Part shown: piece by piece, positions 37,600 to 49,257 of the stretch
How the letters are laid out: the number at the start of each line of letters is the position of its first letter
Position numbering within the stretch: position 1 is the stretch's first letter
Assembly (NCBI GenBank): GCA_016184365.1
Contig: JACPCW010000075.1
Location: 81,617-145,616, forward strand
Source: Candidatus Rokuibacteriota bacterium
Lineage (GTDB): Bacteria; Methylomirabilota; Methylomirabilia; Rokubacteriales; CSP1-6
Length of the DNA stretch: 64,000 bases
Direction: 5' to 3'
Program-made: the position numbers and the translations under genes
Notes under the pieces: model-generated
What the model saw: the letters and a program-made list of their open reading frames with translations, nothing else
Told to the model about the DNA's origin: nothing
The model's database searches: none

Positions 37600-37860
37600 T
37601 CAACCGGTCTGGCGGAGGACGGCGATGAGCCGCTGCTTGAGCTCGGCGGGGATCTCGGTGTCGCGGAGCTTCGTCGCGGCGTCGACGGTACCGCGATAGG
37701 TGTTCACGAACGCGACGCACGGTTGACAGCCCTCGATGTGCCACTCGAGCAGCTCCCGCGTTCGTTTGGGGAGCGTTCCGTCGAGATAGTCACCGAGCAG
37801 CTCGGCCAGCTGCCGGCATTCGACCGTTCCGGGCTCGGACGGCTCCGCCATCACCACCAT
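37600..37860 (-). CDS. zf-HC2 anti-sigma factor-like protein (RsrA-type), no adjacent sigma gene
   Basis: 86 aa with Cys…H-x3-C-x2-C (EWHIEGCQPCVAF). Confidence 0.5.
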   Translation of the reverse strand: MVVMAEPSEPGTVECRQLAELLGDYLDGTLPKRTRELLEWHIEGCQPCVAFVNTYRGTVDAATKLRDTEIPAELKQRLIAVLRQTG

Positions 37861-37911
37861 TATATGTAGACGTCCAAACGCGACCGTCAGATTCGCGTAT
37901 TCTGCGGTTGG

Positions 37912-38964
37912 ATGGCTCCCTCTGTGGCGCTGCTGACGCCGTTCGCATTTCCGTCGCTTCGGGGGAATGCGGTGACGGTGGAGCGCATCGCCCGCGGCCT
38001 CGCCGAGCGTGGCGTCGCGCTGCGCGTGTGGGACCTGTCGGCGACGGGGGAGTCGCGCGTCGCCGAGGAGGTCGATGCCGGGCGCCCGGCGCTCATTCAC
38101 GCGTTCCACGCCTGGCGCGTCGGGCCGCTCGCGCTGCGCGTGGCGCGACGGCTCGAGGTCCCGCTGATCGTGACGCTGACCGGCACCGACGCGAACCACG
38201 ATCTCTTCGATCCGGACCGCGCCGCCGTCGTCCGCCGCGTGCTCGAGGGGGCGGCGGCCATCGTCGTCTTTCACGACTCGGTCGGCGCGCGCGTCGCGGC
38301 CGCGCTGCCGGACGTCGCCGCGCGCCTCGTCGTCATCCCGCAGGCCGCCACGCTCCGGACGGAACCGTACGAGCTCGCCGCGCGTTGGGACCTGCCGGAG
38401 GACCGCGTCCTGTTCCTGTTCGCGGGAGGCATCCGACCGGTCAAGCGTCCGCGCTTTCCGTTGCGGCCGTTCGCGCAGCTCGTGGAACGCCACCCGCGCG
38501 CGCGTCTCGCGTACGCCGGACCGGTGCTCGATCGGATCGAGGGCGAGGCGCTGATGCGCGAGCTGGAGGGCCGCGGATGGGCGCGATACCTCGGCGCCGT
38601 GCCGCACGGGCAGATGGCGTCATTGTTGCGGGCAGCCGACGTCGTCGTGAACTGCTCCGAGTCGGAAGGTGGGATGGCGAACGCAATTCTCGAGGCGTTC
38701 GCCGTCGGTCGCGCCATGCTGGCCGCCGATATCCCCGGCAATCGCTCACTCGTTCAGCACGACGTGACGGGCCTGCTGTTTTCTGATGCAGGAACTTTCT
38801 TGGCCGGCGCCGAGCGGCTGACGACGGATTCCGCGCTGCGGGACCGTCTGGGACGCGCCGGACGTCAGCGTGTGGAGCGGGATCACCCACCCGGGCGCGA
38901 AATCGACGACTATCTGGCCCTGTATCGCCGTTTCGTTGCCGTGCCGGCGGGCCGCGCGTGTTGA
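37912..38964 (+). CDS. glycosyltransferase family 4 (GT-B)
   Basis: A C-terminal EGGMANAILEAFAVGRAMLAADIPG (E-x7-E type) motif. Confidence 0.75.
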   Translation: MAPSVALLTPFAFPSLRGNAVTVERIARGLAERGVALRVWDLSATGESRVAEEVDAGRPALIHAFHAWRVGPLALRVARRLEVPLIVTLTGTDANHDLFDPDRAAVVRRVLEGAAAIVVFHDSVGARVAAALPDVAARLVVIPQAATLRTEPYELAARWDLPEDRVLFLFAGGIRPVKRPRFPLRPFAQLVERHPRARLAYAGPVLDRIEGEALMRELEGRGWARYLGAVPHGQMASLLRAADVVVNCSESEGGMANAILEAFAVGRAMLAADIPGNRSLVQHDVTGLLFSDAGTFLAGAERLTTDSALRDRLGRAGRQRVERDHPPGREIDDYLALYRRFVAVPAGRAC

Positions 38965-39046
38965 CGCATGTACGGGTGGGTTCGATAATGCGAATGACAG
39001 TGACGTCTCGTTCATCGTTCGCCAGCCTCGGCGAGAGGAGACCCGG

Positions 39047-40060
<1,014 letters not shown>

Positions 40061-40074
40061 CCCGGGAGGGTCCG

Positions 40075-41520
40075 ATGTCGCACACCGAAGCGCTTGACCG
40101 GCTCGTACGCCAGGTCGTGAGCCAGGTGCGGTGGCGGCGGGCGGAGCACTACGCGCTCCGCGGGCTCTTCTGGGGCCTCGTCGTCGCCGTCGTGCTGCTG
40201 CTCGTGAAAGGACCGCTCGCCGTCTGGGCGGCTCCGTTCGGCATCGCGGCGATCGCCGCCGGTGCGCTCGGCGGTCTGCTCTACGGCTTCGTCCGGCGCG
40301 TCGGTCCGCTCGACGCCGCGCGCCTCGCGGACCGCGCGTTCGGCCTCGCCGACCGCGTGACGACGGCGCTCGAGTGCGCGAAGCGACCCGAGGCCGGTCC
40401 GATGATCCAGTCCCTGCTCGCGGATGCGGGCGCGCGCGTCGGGCAGCTGAAGATCAGGCAGATCGTCCGGCGCGTCGTGCCGCGCGAGGCGAAGCTGCTG
40501 CCGGTACCGCTGATCGCCGCGGTCGTGCTCGCGCTCGCGCCGCCGGTGCCGATGCCGTCCGGCCGGCTGTTCGACACCACGGCGTCGACGGCGGAAGACG
40601 AGACCAAGGAGCGGGTCGCGTCGACGATGCTCGAAGACCGGGCGCGGCCGATGCCGCGCGACCCGATGCGGCGGCCGTCGTTCGAGGAGCGGGACTACAT
40701 GCAGCGCGGCGCGTCCGGCGCGCCGTCCGCGCAGGGCGACCTCGCCGCGATCTTCAAGGACACGTCGCTCGCGAGCCAGCGGCCGGACTTCAACAGCTTC
40801 CTCAAGAAGGGCGACGAGCGTCTCAAGATGCTCGAGCAGGTCGACCGTCTGCCGGACCTCCAGTCCGACTTCACCCAGAGCCAGTACAAGATGGTCTTCC
40901 GCAAGTCGAAGGCGCTCCGCGGCGGCATGCGTCCGGATCAGATCTCGCCCGACAAGCTGCGCGAGCTGCTGCAGGAGATGGAGCGGCTCGGGCGCAAGGG
41001 CAATCAGAACTGGTCGCAGGACGCGATGGAAGGCATGGACGCGCTCGAGGGCGGCAACCAGGACAAGGCGCTCGAGGCGATGGAGAAGGCGCTCAACAAG
41101 ATGCGCGCCTCCGAGGAAGCGAGGCGCTCGGGCAAGAACCTGCGCGGCGGGAAAGACGATCGCGCGAGCCGCGGCGACGGGACGCGCGGCAGCGGCGGCC
41201 CCGAGGACCAGGACTTCGGCGAGGGCGAAGGCATGATGCCCGGCAAGGGCCGCAGCCCGTCACCGAAGGGCGACGCCACGCAGCGCCTGCGCGCGAATCC
41301 GTTCGACGCCGGCGTCGAAGGCGAATCGCGCCGCGGTCGCAAGGACGGCTACGACACGAACATGACCGGCCGCGGCGGCAAGATGGAATCGCGGATGCAG
41401 TACCTCGGCGTCATCGGCCAGTACCGCAAGATGATGGAGGACTCGATCGCGCGCGAGCAGGTGCCTCGCGACTTCCACGGCCAGATCAAGGACTACTTCC
41501 AGTCGCTGGACGAGCGCTAG
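40075..41520 (+). CDS. hypothetical membrane-anchored, charged/coiled-coil protein in the MoxR operon
   Basis: N-terminal TM helices followed by a low-complexity, K/E/R-rich region. Confidence 0.45.
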   Translation: MSHTEALDRLVRQVVSQVRWRRAEHYALRGLFWGLVVAVVLLLVKGPLAVWAAPFGIAAIAAGALGGLLYGFVRRVGPLDAARLADRAFGLADRVTTALECAKRPEAGPMIQSLLADAGARVGQLKIRQIVRRVVPREAKLLPVPLIAAVVLALAPPVPMPSGRLFDTTASTAEDETKERVASTMLEDRARPMPRDPMRRPSFEERDYMQRGASGAPSAQGDLAAIFKDTSLASQRPDFNSFLKKGDERLKMLEQVDRLPDLQSDFTQSQYKMVFRKSKALRGGMRPDQISPDKLRELLQEMERLGRKGNQNWSQDAMEGMDALEGGNQDKALEAMEKALNKMRASEEARRSGKNLRGGKDDRASRGDGTRGSGGPEDQDFGEGEGMMPGKGRSPSPKGDATQRLRANPFDAGVEGESRRGRKDGYDTNMTGRGGKMESRMQYLGVIGQYRKMMEDSIAREQVPRDFHGQIKDYFQSLDER

Positions 41521-41522
41521 AC

Positions 41523-42413
41523 GTGCCCGCCCTCGACCGTCAGACGCTGTTCGCGCCAGAGTTCCTGGCGCAGCTCGAGCGCCTGTCGCTCGCCTCGCGG
41601 CGCGTGTTCCGCGGCCGGGTGAAAGGCGAGCGCAAGAGCCCGCGGCGCGGGCACAGCGTCGAGTTCTGCGACTACCGCGCGTATGGCGTGGGCGACGACC
41701 TGCGCTACGTCGACTGGAACATCTACGGGCGCCTCGATCGCCTCCACGTGAAGGTGTTCGTCGACGAGGAAGACCTCTGCCAGCACCTGCTCGTCGATGC
41801 GTCGGCCTCGATGGACTTCGGGCGCCCGACGAAGTTCGAGTACGCCGCGAAGCTCGCGGCCGCGCTCGGCTTCATCGGCCTCGTGAACCTCGAGCGCGTC
41901 GGCGTCGGCATCCTGAAGGAGCGCGGCGGGGAGGGCTGGGCGCCCACGCGCGGCCGGAACCAGTTCGGTCCGCTGGTCGATTTCCTCGCGCGCGTGAAGC
42001 CCGACGGCGCCACGCGGCTGAACGACGCGATCACCGGCTACGCGATGCGCTCGCGCGAGCCCGGCCTGGCCGTCGTCGTGTCGGATCTGCTCGATCCGCT
42101 CGGCTTCGAAGCCGGCATCCGCGCGCTGCTCGAGCGGCGCTTCGACGTGCACGTCATCCATCTCCTCGATCCGCAGGAGGTCAATCCCGAGTTCGGCGGT
42201 GACCTGCGCCTGATCGACGCCGAGACCGGCGAGCCCCGGGAGATCACCGTCGACGGGGAGGCCATCCGCGCCTACCGCGAGCGTCTCCACCAGTTCCTCG
42301 AGCGCGTCGAGACGTTCTGCCGTACGCGTGAGCTCGGCTACCACCGCGTCATCACGGACACGCCGGCCGAGGAATTCGTGCTGGCGCAGCTGAAGGGCCT
42401 CGTCCTGACATGA
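41523..42413 (+). CDS. DUF58 (vWA-like) protein of MoxR operons
   Basis: …RRGHSVEFCDYRAYGVGDDLRYVDWN… is the DUF58 hallmark. GTG start. Confidence 0.75.
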   Translation: MPALDRQTLFAPEFLAQLERLSLASRRVFRGRVKGERKSPRRGHSVEFCDYRAYGVGDDLRYVDWNIYGRLDRLHVKVFVDEEDLCQHLLVDASASMDFGRPTKFEYAAKLAAALGFIGLVNLERVGVGILKERGGEGWAPTRGRNQFGPLVDFLARVKPDGATRLNDAITGYAMRSREPGLAVVVSDLLDPLGFEAGIRALLERRFDVHVIHLLDPQEVNPEFGGDLRLIDAETGEPREITVDGEAIRAYRERLHQFLERVETFCRTRELGYHRVITDTPAEEFVLAQLKGLVLT

Positions 42414-45400
42414 GTTTCCTGTCACCGATCGCCTTCGCGGTCTTCGCGCTCTCGCTGCCGCTCGTGCTGCTGTACTTCCTCAAGGTGCGGCGGCGCGAAC
42501 GGCGCGTGCCGAGCCTGTTCCTCTGGGGCTCGGAGCTGCGCGACCGCGAGGCCTCCGCGTTCTTCCAGCGCCTGCAGCGCGACCCGCTGCTGCTCCTCCA
42601 GGTGCTCGCGCTGCTGATGCTGTCGCTCGCGCTCGCGCGGCCGGCGCTCACGGTCATGGGGGTCGGCGCGCAGAAGGTCGTCGTCGTGCTCGACGCGTCG
42701 GCGTCGATGAAATCCCGCGACGTCGCGCCGTCGCGATTCGCCGTCGCGCGGAGCGAGGCGGTGTCGCTCGTGTCGCGGCTCGGCGAGGGCGCCGAGGTGA
42801 TGGTCATCGAGGCGGGCGTGCAGCCGCGCGTGATCGTCCCGCTCGGCCGCGACCGCGACCGCGCGATCGCCGGGATCCGTGCCATGCACGCGCGCGACCT
42901 GCCGAACCGGCTGACCGAGGCCGTGCGCACGGCCCGCGCGCTGGTCGGCGACGATCCGCGCGCGCAGATCCACGTCTTCACGGACGGCGCCTACACGCTG
43001 GCCGAGTCGCCGGAGACGTCGGACGGCCGGATCCGCTGGGTCGGCATCGGACGCGGCGGCCACAACGTCGGCATCACGAATCTCGCCGTCCGGAAGACGT
43101 ATTACGGGACGTTCGACCACCAGGCCTTCGTCTCGCTCGTGAACTACACGGCGGAGACGCAGACCTTCAGCTTCAAGATCGAGGTCGGCGACGGCGTCAT
43201 CGCGGAGAAGTCCGTGACCCTCGAGCCGAGCGTCCGGCGCTCGGTCGTCGTTCCGTTCAGCCACAACGGTGGCGGCACGGTGACGGCGCGTCTCAGCGTG
43301 TCGGACGACCTCGAGGCCGACAACGTCGCGTGGGCCGTGCTGCCGCCGACGCGGAAGATCAAGGTTCACCTCGTCAGTCCGGGCAACCTGTTCCTCGAAA
43401 AAGTCCTCAAGACGGACCCGCAGGTCGAGTACGAGGTGAAGACGCCCGAGGAGTACCAGGGCGGGATGGGCGAGGCCGACGTCGTCATCATCGACTCCGT
43501 CAACCCGACGCGCGTGGGCCCCGGCCGGTTCGTGTTCGTGAACGGCGTGCCGTCCGACGTGCCCCTCGAGCTCCTCGGCCGCATGGAGCGTCCGACGATC
43601 ATGGACTGGGACCGGAAGCATCCGGTCATGCGCCACGTCGAGTTCGCCAAGGTCGCCATCGAGGAAGCGGTGCGCATGCGGCCGCTCGCCGCCGGCCGCT
43701 CGCTCGTCGAGGCCGTTGGCGGCCCGCTGATCTACGCGCTCGAGGAAGCCGACCGCAAGGCCGTGTTCGTCGGCTTCGATCTGTTCAAGACGGACTTCCC
43801 GCTGCGCGTGGCGTTCCCGCTGATCCTGTCGAACTCGCTGCGCTGGCTGCATCCAGCCGGTCTCGACCAGACGAGCCTGCAGCTCGCGTCGGGCCAGCCG
43901 ATCCTGGTGCCCGTCGAGCACGGCGTGAGCACGGTGACCGTCAGCACCCCGCGCGGGCGCTCCGTGAAGGGACAGGTCACGCGGGGCGTGGTGTCCTTCA
44001 CGGAGACCGACGAGGTCGGCGTCTACACGCTCGCGACGGCCAAGGGCGACATCCGCATCGCCGTCAACCTGATGGACGCCGACGAATCCAACGTCGCGCC
44101 GCGGCCGTTGCCGGCGCACGCCCAGGCGACGCCGGCGGCGTCCGCGCCCCTGCCGATCCAGCGTGAGCTGTGGCCCCTGTTCGTGATGCTCGCCGCCGCG
44201 CTCCTCGCGCTCGAGGGCTTCCTCTACTGGCGGCGGCAGGCCGGCGGCCGGCTCCGCGTGCCGGCGAACATGTCGGACCGCTGGGCCCTCGGTCTGCGCA
44301 CGGCGCTGGTCGTGATCCTGCTCGCCACGCTGGCGCGTCCGACCGTGCCGCGCTGGGTCGACCGCATGAACGTGATGTTCCTGCTCGACGTGTCGGACAG
44401 CGTGAGCCTCGCCGCCCGCGAGCGCGCGTGGCGGTTCGTGAACGAAGCCGCGAAGCACATGAAGCCCGGTGACAAGAACGGCGTGGTCGTCTTCGGCGAG
44501 CACGCCGTGGTCGATCAGTCGCTCGCGAATCGCGGCGCGCCGGACCGGCCGAAGGCGGAGATCGGCGGCCGCGGCACCAACCTCTTCCAGGGGCTGCAGC
44601 TGGCGCTCGCGAGTCTCGCGCCGGGGCAGGCGAACCGCATCGTCATGCTGACGGACGGTCGCCAGAACGCCGGGAACGCACTCTCCGCGGCGCAGGCGGC
44701 GAAGAACGCGGCGATCGACGTCCATTACGTCGCCGCGCCGCTGACGTTCTCCCAGGAAGTCGTCGCCGAGGCGATGGTCCTGCCGCAGGAAGTGAAGTTC
44801 GGCGAGCCGTTCCAGGCGAAGGTCGTCGCCTGGAGCCTCAAGGACACGCAGGGGCGCCTGTCGCTCTTCCGGAACGGCGAGTTCCTCGGATCGCAGGTCG
44901 TCCGCCTGTCGGCCGGCAAGAACGTCTTCAGCTATCGGCAGTCGCTCGACTCGAGCGGCATCCACGTCTACCAGGCGGCGCTCGAGATCGAGGGCGACAC
45001 GATCGAGGACAACAACCGCGCGGTCGGTACCGTCGTCGTGCGCGGCCGGCCGCAGGTGCTGATCGCGGACAAGGACAAGAGCCACGCCGGCTCGCTGGCG
45101 GCTGCGCTTCGCTCGCAGAACATCGACGTGACGGTCGTCGAGCCGTCCGGGATTCCGCAAGACCTCGCCGGCCTGCAGAAGTACGACGGGCTGATCCTGT
45201 CGAACGTCTCGTCGCTGAAGCTGACGCGTCCGCAGATGGGCCACATCCGCGACTACGTCCGCGAGCACGGCGGTGGACTGATGATGCTCGGCGGCGAGGA
45301 GAGCTTCGGTCTCGGCGGCTACTACCGCACGCCGATCGAGGAAGCGCTGCCCGTCACGATGGAGGTCAAGCAAAAGGTCGAGATCCCGAGCCTCGCGGTC

Positions 45401-46790
45401 GTGCTGTCGATCGACCGGTCCGGCTCGATGGCGATGTCGACGGACGAGAAGATCACGAAGCTCGATCTCGCGAAGGAGGCCGCGCACCTCGTCGTCGATC
45501 TGCTCGACGAGCGCAACGAGGTCGGCGTCCAGAGCTGGGACACCGAGTTCCTCTGGGACGTCGGGATCCGGTCCGCGCGCGACAAGCAGGCGATCCATCA
45601 CGCGATCGCGACGGTGAAGGCCGGCGGCGGTACCGACGGCTATCCGGCGCTGAAGGACTCGTACGCGCAGCTGTTCGAGCGCCCGGCGCTGCTCAAGCAC
45701 GTGATCTTCCTGTCCGACGGCCAGATGACGCGCGGTGATTTCGCCGGGCTCCTGCGCCGCATGGTGAAGGACAAGATCACCGTCTCGAGCGTCGCGATCG
45801 GCAAGGACGCGGACGTGCCGCTGATGGTCGACATCGCGAAGTGGGGGCGCCTACTACACGGAAGACTCGCAGACGATTCCGCGCATCTTCACGCTGGAGA
45901 CGCAGCTCGCGTCCAAGGCGTCGCTGATCGAGCAGCCGTTCAAGCCGCAGCTCACCGCACCCGGGCACGAGGCGATGCAGGATATCGACTGGAAAGCCGT
46001 GCCGCCGCTCGGCGGCTACGTCGCGGCGACCGTGAAGTCGACCGCGGAGCTCGTGCTGATGAGCCACCAGGAAGACCCCGTCCTGGCGACCTGGCGCTAC
46101 GGCCTCGGCCGCACCGTCGCGTTCACGTCCGACGCGAAAGCGAAGTGGGGCGTGCTCTGGCTCCGGTGGCGCGACTTCAACAAGTTCTGGGCGCAGCTGA
46201 CGCGGTGGACGCTCCGCAGCGGCACCCGGAGTGACACCGTCGCGCGCGTGGATCGCCGCGACGAGGTCGGCGAGGTCATCGTCGACGCGGTCGACGGCAA
46301 GGGCGATTTCATCAACTTCCTCGACTCCCAGGTCGGGGTCGTCGCGCCGGACCGCGAGCGCACGGTGATCGATCTGGAGCAGGTGGGACCCGGCCGGTAT
46401 CGCGGGCGGTTCCCGGCGCCGAAGGAAGGCGTGTACCTCGTGGGCATGGCGCAGCGCCGCGGCGAGCGGGTCGTCGGCTCGCAGCTCGCGGGGCTGGTGG
46501 TACCGTATGCGCAGGAACTCCGGGACCTCGGCGTGGACGAGGTCCTCCTGAAGGAGATGGCGGACCTGACGGGCGGCACCGCGGTGGCGGACCCGAAGGA
46601 CGTCTTCCTCAAGGCGCGGCGGCAGTCGAGGATCGCGGTCGAGATCTGGCCGTGGCTCGTCGGGCTGGTCGCGCTCATGATGCTCCCCGAGATCGCGATT
46701 CGACGCCTCGGCGGCGGCGTGATCAGCTCCCTGATCGCACGCTTCGGCAGCCGACGTGGCGGCGAGCCCGGACGGGAGGAACGCGCATGA
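42410..46790 (+). CDS. giant BatA/BatB-like protein with three vWA domains; reading frame broken at poly-G 45843-45847 (sequencing error or authentic frameshift/pseudogene)
   Basis: ORF 42410..46234 encodes N-terminal TM helices (BatA-like) and vWA domains (VVVLDASASM, MFLLDVSDSV, VVLSIDRSGSM). After …DIAKWG the protein continues in ORF 45975..46790's frame (…YYTEDSQTIPRIFTLETQL…). Confidence 0.55.
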
Positions 46791-48127
46791 TCGGTCGTCA
46801 CGCTCGGCCTGCGCTCCTGGCGGTGGCGCTCGTGCTCGTCTTCGTCGCGGCGGCCGACGCCGCGGCCAAGCCGCGGACGGTGCTGGTGCTGCCGTTCGAC
46901 GCCTCCACGCTCGCGAGGGAGCAGCAGTGGCTCGGCGAAGGGGCGGCGCAGGTCGTCGGCCTCGCCCTCGCGCAACATCCGTCGTTCGTGCAGATCGAGC
47001 GGTCACGGCTGGCCTCGTTCGGCTCGCCGGAGGTGTGGGGCGACGACGTCGTCGTCCAGGCGATGCGCGGCGTTCGCGCCGAGGCCGCGCTCTTCGGTCG
47101 CATCCACCGCACGAACACCGACATCGTCGTGCAGCCCCGTCTGGCCGAGATGAAAGGCGCCAACGTCGAGACGGTCGCGCTCGAGCCGATCACGGTCACC
47201 GAGAGCGACCTGATCACGCGGCTCGGCACGCTGCCGACGGCATTCGCCCGGACGCTCCGCGTGACGATCAGCGAGGGCGAGGCCGGCCGCATGGAAAAGG
47301 CGGCGCGGCCGACGCGCTCGATGCGCGCGTTCGAGCTCTTCACGCGCGGCCAGATCGAGCTCTACCGCGCGAAGCAGGAGAGCCGCGAGGCGGCCGCGGA
47401 GCTGCTGTCGCGCGCCATCGAGGCCGATCCGAATTTCGTGGTCGCGCAGTACACGCTCGGCACCGTGCATCAGGCGCTCGGGAACCGGTGGAAGGCGGCG
47501 GCGCAATTCCGGGCCGCGACGCAGCTCGATCCCTTGCTGCCGGAGCCGCTGAAGGCGCTCGGCGACCTCTTCCTCGCCGCACCGCGCCGCCTGTTCGACC
47601 AGGCGGTGGAGGCGTATACGAAGGCGATCGAGCTGCGGCCCTTCTACGCCGAAGCGCACGTCGGCCTGGGCGACGCGCGCGCGGCGAAGGGCGAGGTGGA
47701 CGCGGCGATCGGCGCGTATCAGAAGGCGCTCGTGTACAACCCGGTGAATCCGCGCGTGCACCTGTCGCTCGGCAAGATCTACTATTCCGAGAAGGGCCTG
47801 TACTACGAGGCCGTGAACGCCTACAAGAAAGCGATCGAGCTCGATCCGGCGTCGGTCGACGCGCGGATGGGGCTCGGCGAGGTCTACGAGGAGAAGGGCC
47901 TCTACAAGGAAGCTCTCGACGAATACCGGCGCGTCATCGACCTGGATTCGAAGCACACGGGCGCCCTGTACAATCTCGCGCTCGTGTACGAGAAGGTCGA
48001 TCCGCGCGAGGCGATCGTGCAGTGGGAACGCTACATTGCGCTCGCCGCGCAGCTGCCGTCCGAGAAGGACTGGGTGGACGTCGCGCGGCAGCACCTCCGC
48101 AAATTGCGGAACCAGCTCAAGGAGTAG
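46787..48127 (+). CDS. TPR-repeat protein (BatC-like), signal peptide
   Basis: MIGRHARPALLAVALVLVFVAAADA followed by several TPR units (…AYTKAIELRP…AYQKALVYNP…AYKKAIELDP…). ATGA overlap; GGGAGGA RBS. Confidence 0.65.
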   Translation: MIGRHARPALLAVALVLVFVAAADAAAKPRTVLVLPFDASTLAREQQWLGEGAAQVVGLALAQHPSFVQIERSRLASFGSPEVWGDDVVVQAMRGVRAEAALFGRIHRTNTDIVVQPRLAEMKGANVETVALEPITVTESDLITRLGTLPTAFARTLRVTISEGEAGRMEKAARPTRSMRAFELFTRGQIELYRAKQESREAAAELLSRAIEADPNFVVAQYTLGTVHQALGNRWKAAAQFRAATQLDPLLPEPLKALGDLFLAAPRRLFDQAVEAYTKAIELRPFYAEAHVGLGDARAAKGEVDAAIGAYQKALVYNPVNPRVHLSLGKIYYSEKGLYYEAVNAYKKAIELDPASVDARMGLGEVYEEKGLYKEALDEYRRVIDLDSKHTGALYNLALVYEKVDPREAIVQWERYIALAAQLPSEKDWVDVARQHLRKLRNQLKE

Positions 48128-48188
48128 ACACGCGGCCCCGACCGGGGCGCCCCGCGGGGCGCCCGTTCTCCGCCCCGTTCGACATTTC

Positions 48189-49175
48189 GTGGACGAGCTC
48201 AGAAAAGATCCGACGCGTGGCAACTGGGTCCTGATCCGGCCGAAGGCCGGCTCGGAGCCGTCTGCCGACTGTCCCTACTGTCCGGGCGGCGAGGCGGCCA
48301 CCGCGCCGGAGATCGCCGCCTACCGCAAGGACGGCTCGGCGCCGAACACCGGTGGCTGGAGTGTCCGCGTCGTGCCCGAATCCGATCCCTACTTCCGCGT
48401 CGAGAGCGAGCTCGTGCGTGAAGGGGTCGGGATGTACGACATGATCACGCCCCGCGGCGCCTCGGAACTGATCCTGGAATCGCCGCGGCACGACGACACG
48501 CTCGCCACCATGACCGTCGATCAGATCGAATCGGCGTTGTGGATGTACCGCGACCGGCTCGTCGATCTGAAGCGCGACGGACAGATCCGCGACATCCTGA
48601 TTTCGCGGCGCCACAAGAAACCGGGCGTCGCGCCGCATCACCCGTATTCGCGGCTGACGGCGATCCCGATCGTGTTCGCGGCGACGCGGCGCGAGCTGCG
48701 CGAGGCGCGCGAGTACTACCAGTACAAGCGCCGGTGCCTCTACTGCGACCTGATGCGGCAGGAGATCGCGGCGGGCGAGCGCATCGTGAAGCTCACGCCG
48801 GCGTTCGCGGTGATCGTGCCGTACGCGGCGCGGACGCCGCTCGAGACGTGGATCCTGCCGCGCCGCCATTCCTGCTCGTACGAAGACGCGCTGACCGCCG
48901 AGGCCGCCGCCGAGCTCGCGGCCTTGTACCGCAGCTATTTCCGCGCGCTCGCCGAGCGCTTCGGCGATCCGGGATACGAGATCCAGATGCACAACGCGCC
49001 GAACCTCCGGTCGCGGATCCTCCAGGGTGAGTGGGCGACGCTTCGCGACGACTACCACTGGCACATCGAGATCCAGGTGGAGCCCGAGCGCGCGAACCGT
49101 GTCGGGGGGATTTACGTCACGGAGAAGGCGCCCGAGGACAGCGCCGCGGAGCTGCGCAAGGCCTGGGTCGACTGA
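48189..49175 (+). CDS. galactose-1-phosphate uridylyltransferase-like (HIT-superfamily) protein
   Basis: CPYCPG zinc motif and an HHPY… segment resembling the GalT HPH site. The start is uncertain (in-frame GTG at 48189). Confidence 0.45.
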   Translation: MDELRKDPTRGNWVLIRPKAGSEPSADCPYCPGGEAATAPEIAAYRKDGSAPNTGGWSVRVVPESDPYFRVESELVREGVGMYDMITPRGASELILESPRHDDTLATMTVDQIESALWMYRDRLVDLKRDGQIRDILISRRHKKPGVAPHHPYSRLTAIPIVFAATRRELREAREYYQYKRRCLYCDLMRQEIAAGERIVKLTPAFAVIVPYAARTPLETWILPRRHSCSYEDALTAEAAAELAALYRSYFRALAERFGDPGYEIQMHNAPNLRSRILQGEWATLRDDYHWHIEIQVEPERANRVGGIYVTEKAPEDSAAELRKAWVD

Positions 49176-49182
49176 TCAATTG

Positions 49183-49248
49183 GGGGGCCCCGATATGGCC
49201 CCCACCCCCCCCAACGCTCGGGCCGCCCCGGGAAACCCGGGGCGCCCC
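49183..49248 (-). repeat. REP/MITE-like palindromic element, copy 5 (reverse orientation)
   Basis: Reverse complement reads ggcgccccgggtttcccggggcggcccgagcgttgggggggtgggggccatatcggggccccca. Confidence 0.6.
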
Positions 49249-49257
49249 TCGACCTCG

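Noticed and set aside
42422-45700. 1092-aa minus-strand ORF opposite the giant vWA gene
   Set aside because: Antisense shadow ORF with a compositionally biased translation and no recognisable motifs.
48128-48188. Overlapping GGGGCGCCCC palindromes after the TPR gene, as a terminator
   Set aside because: No T-tract, and the likely GalT-like start lies within or adjacent to it. It cannot be separated from ordinary GC-rich palindromic noise.
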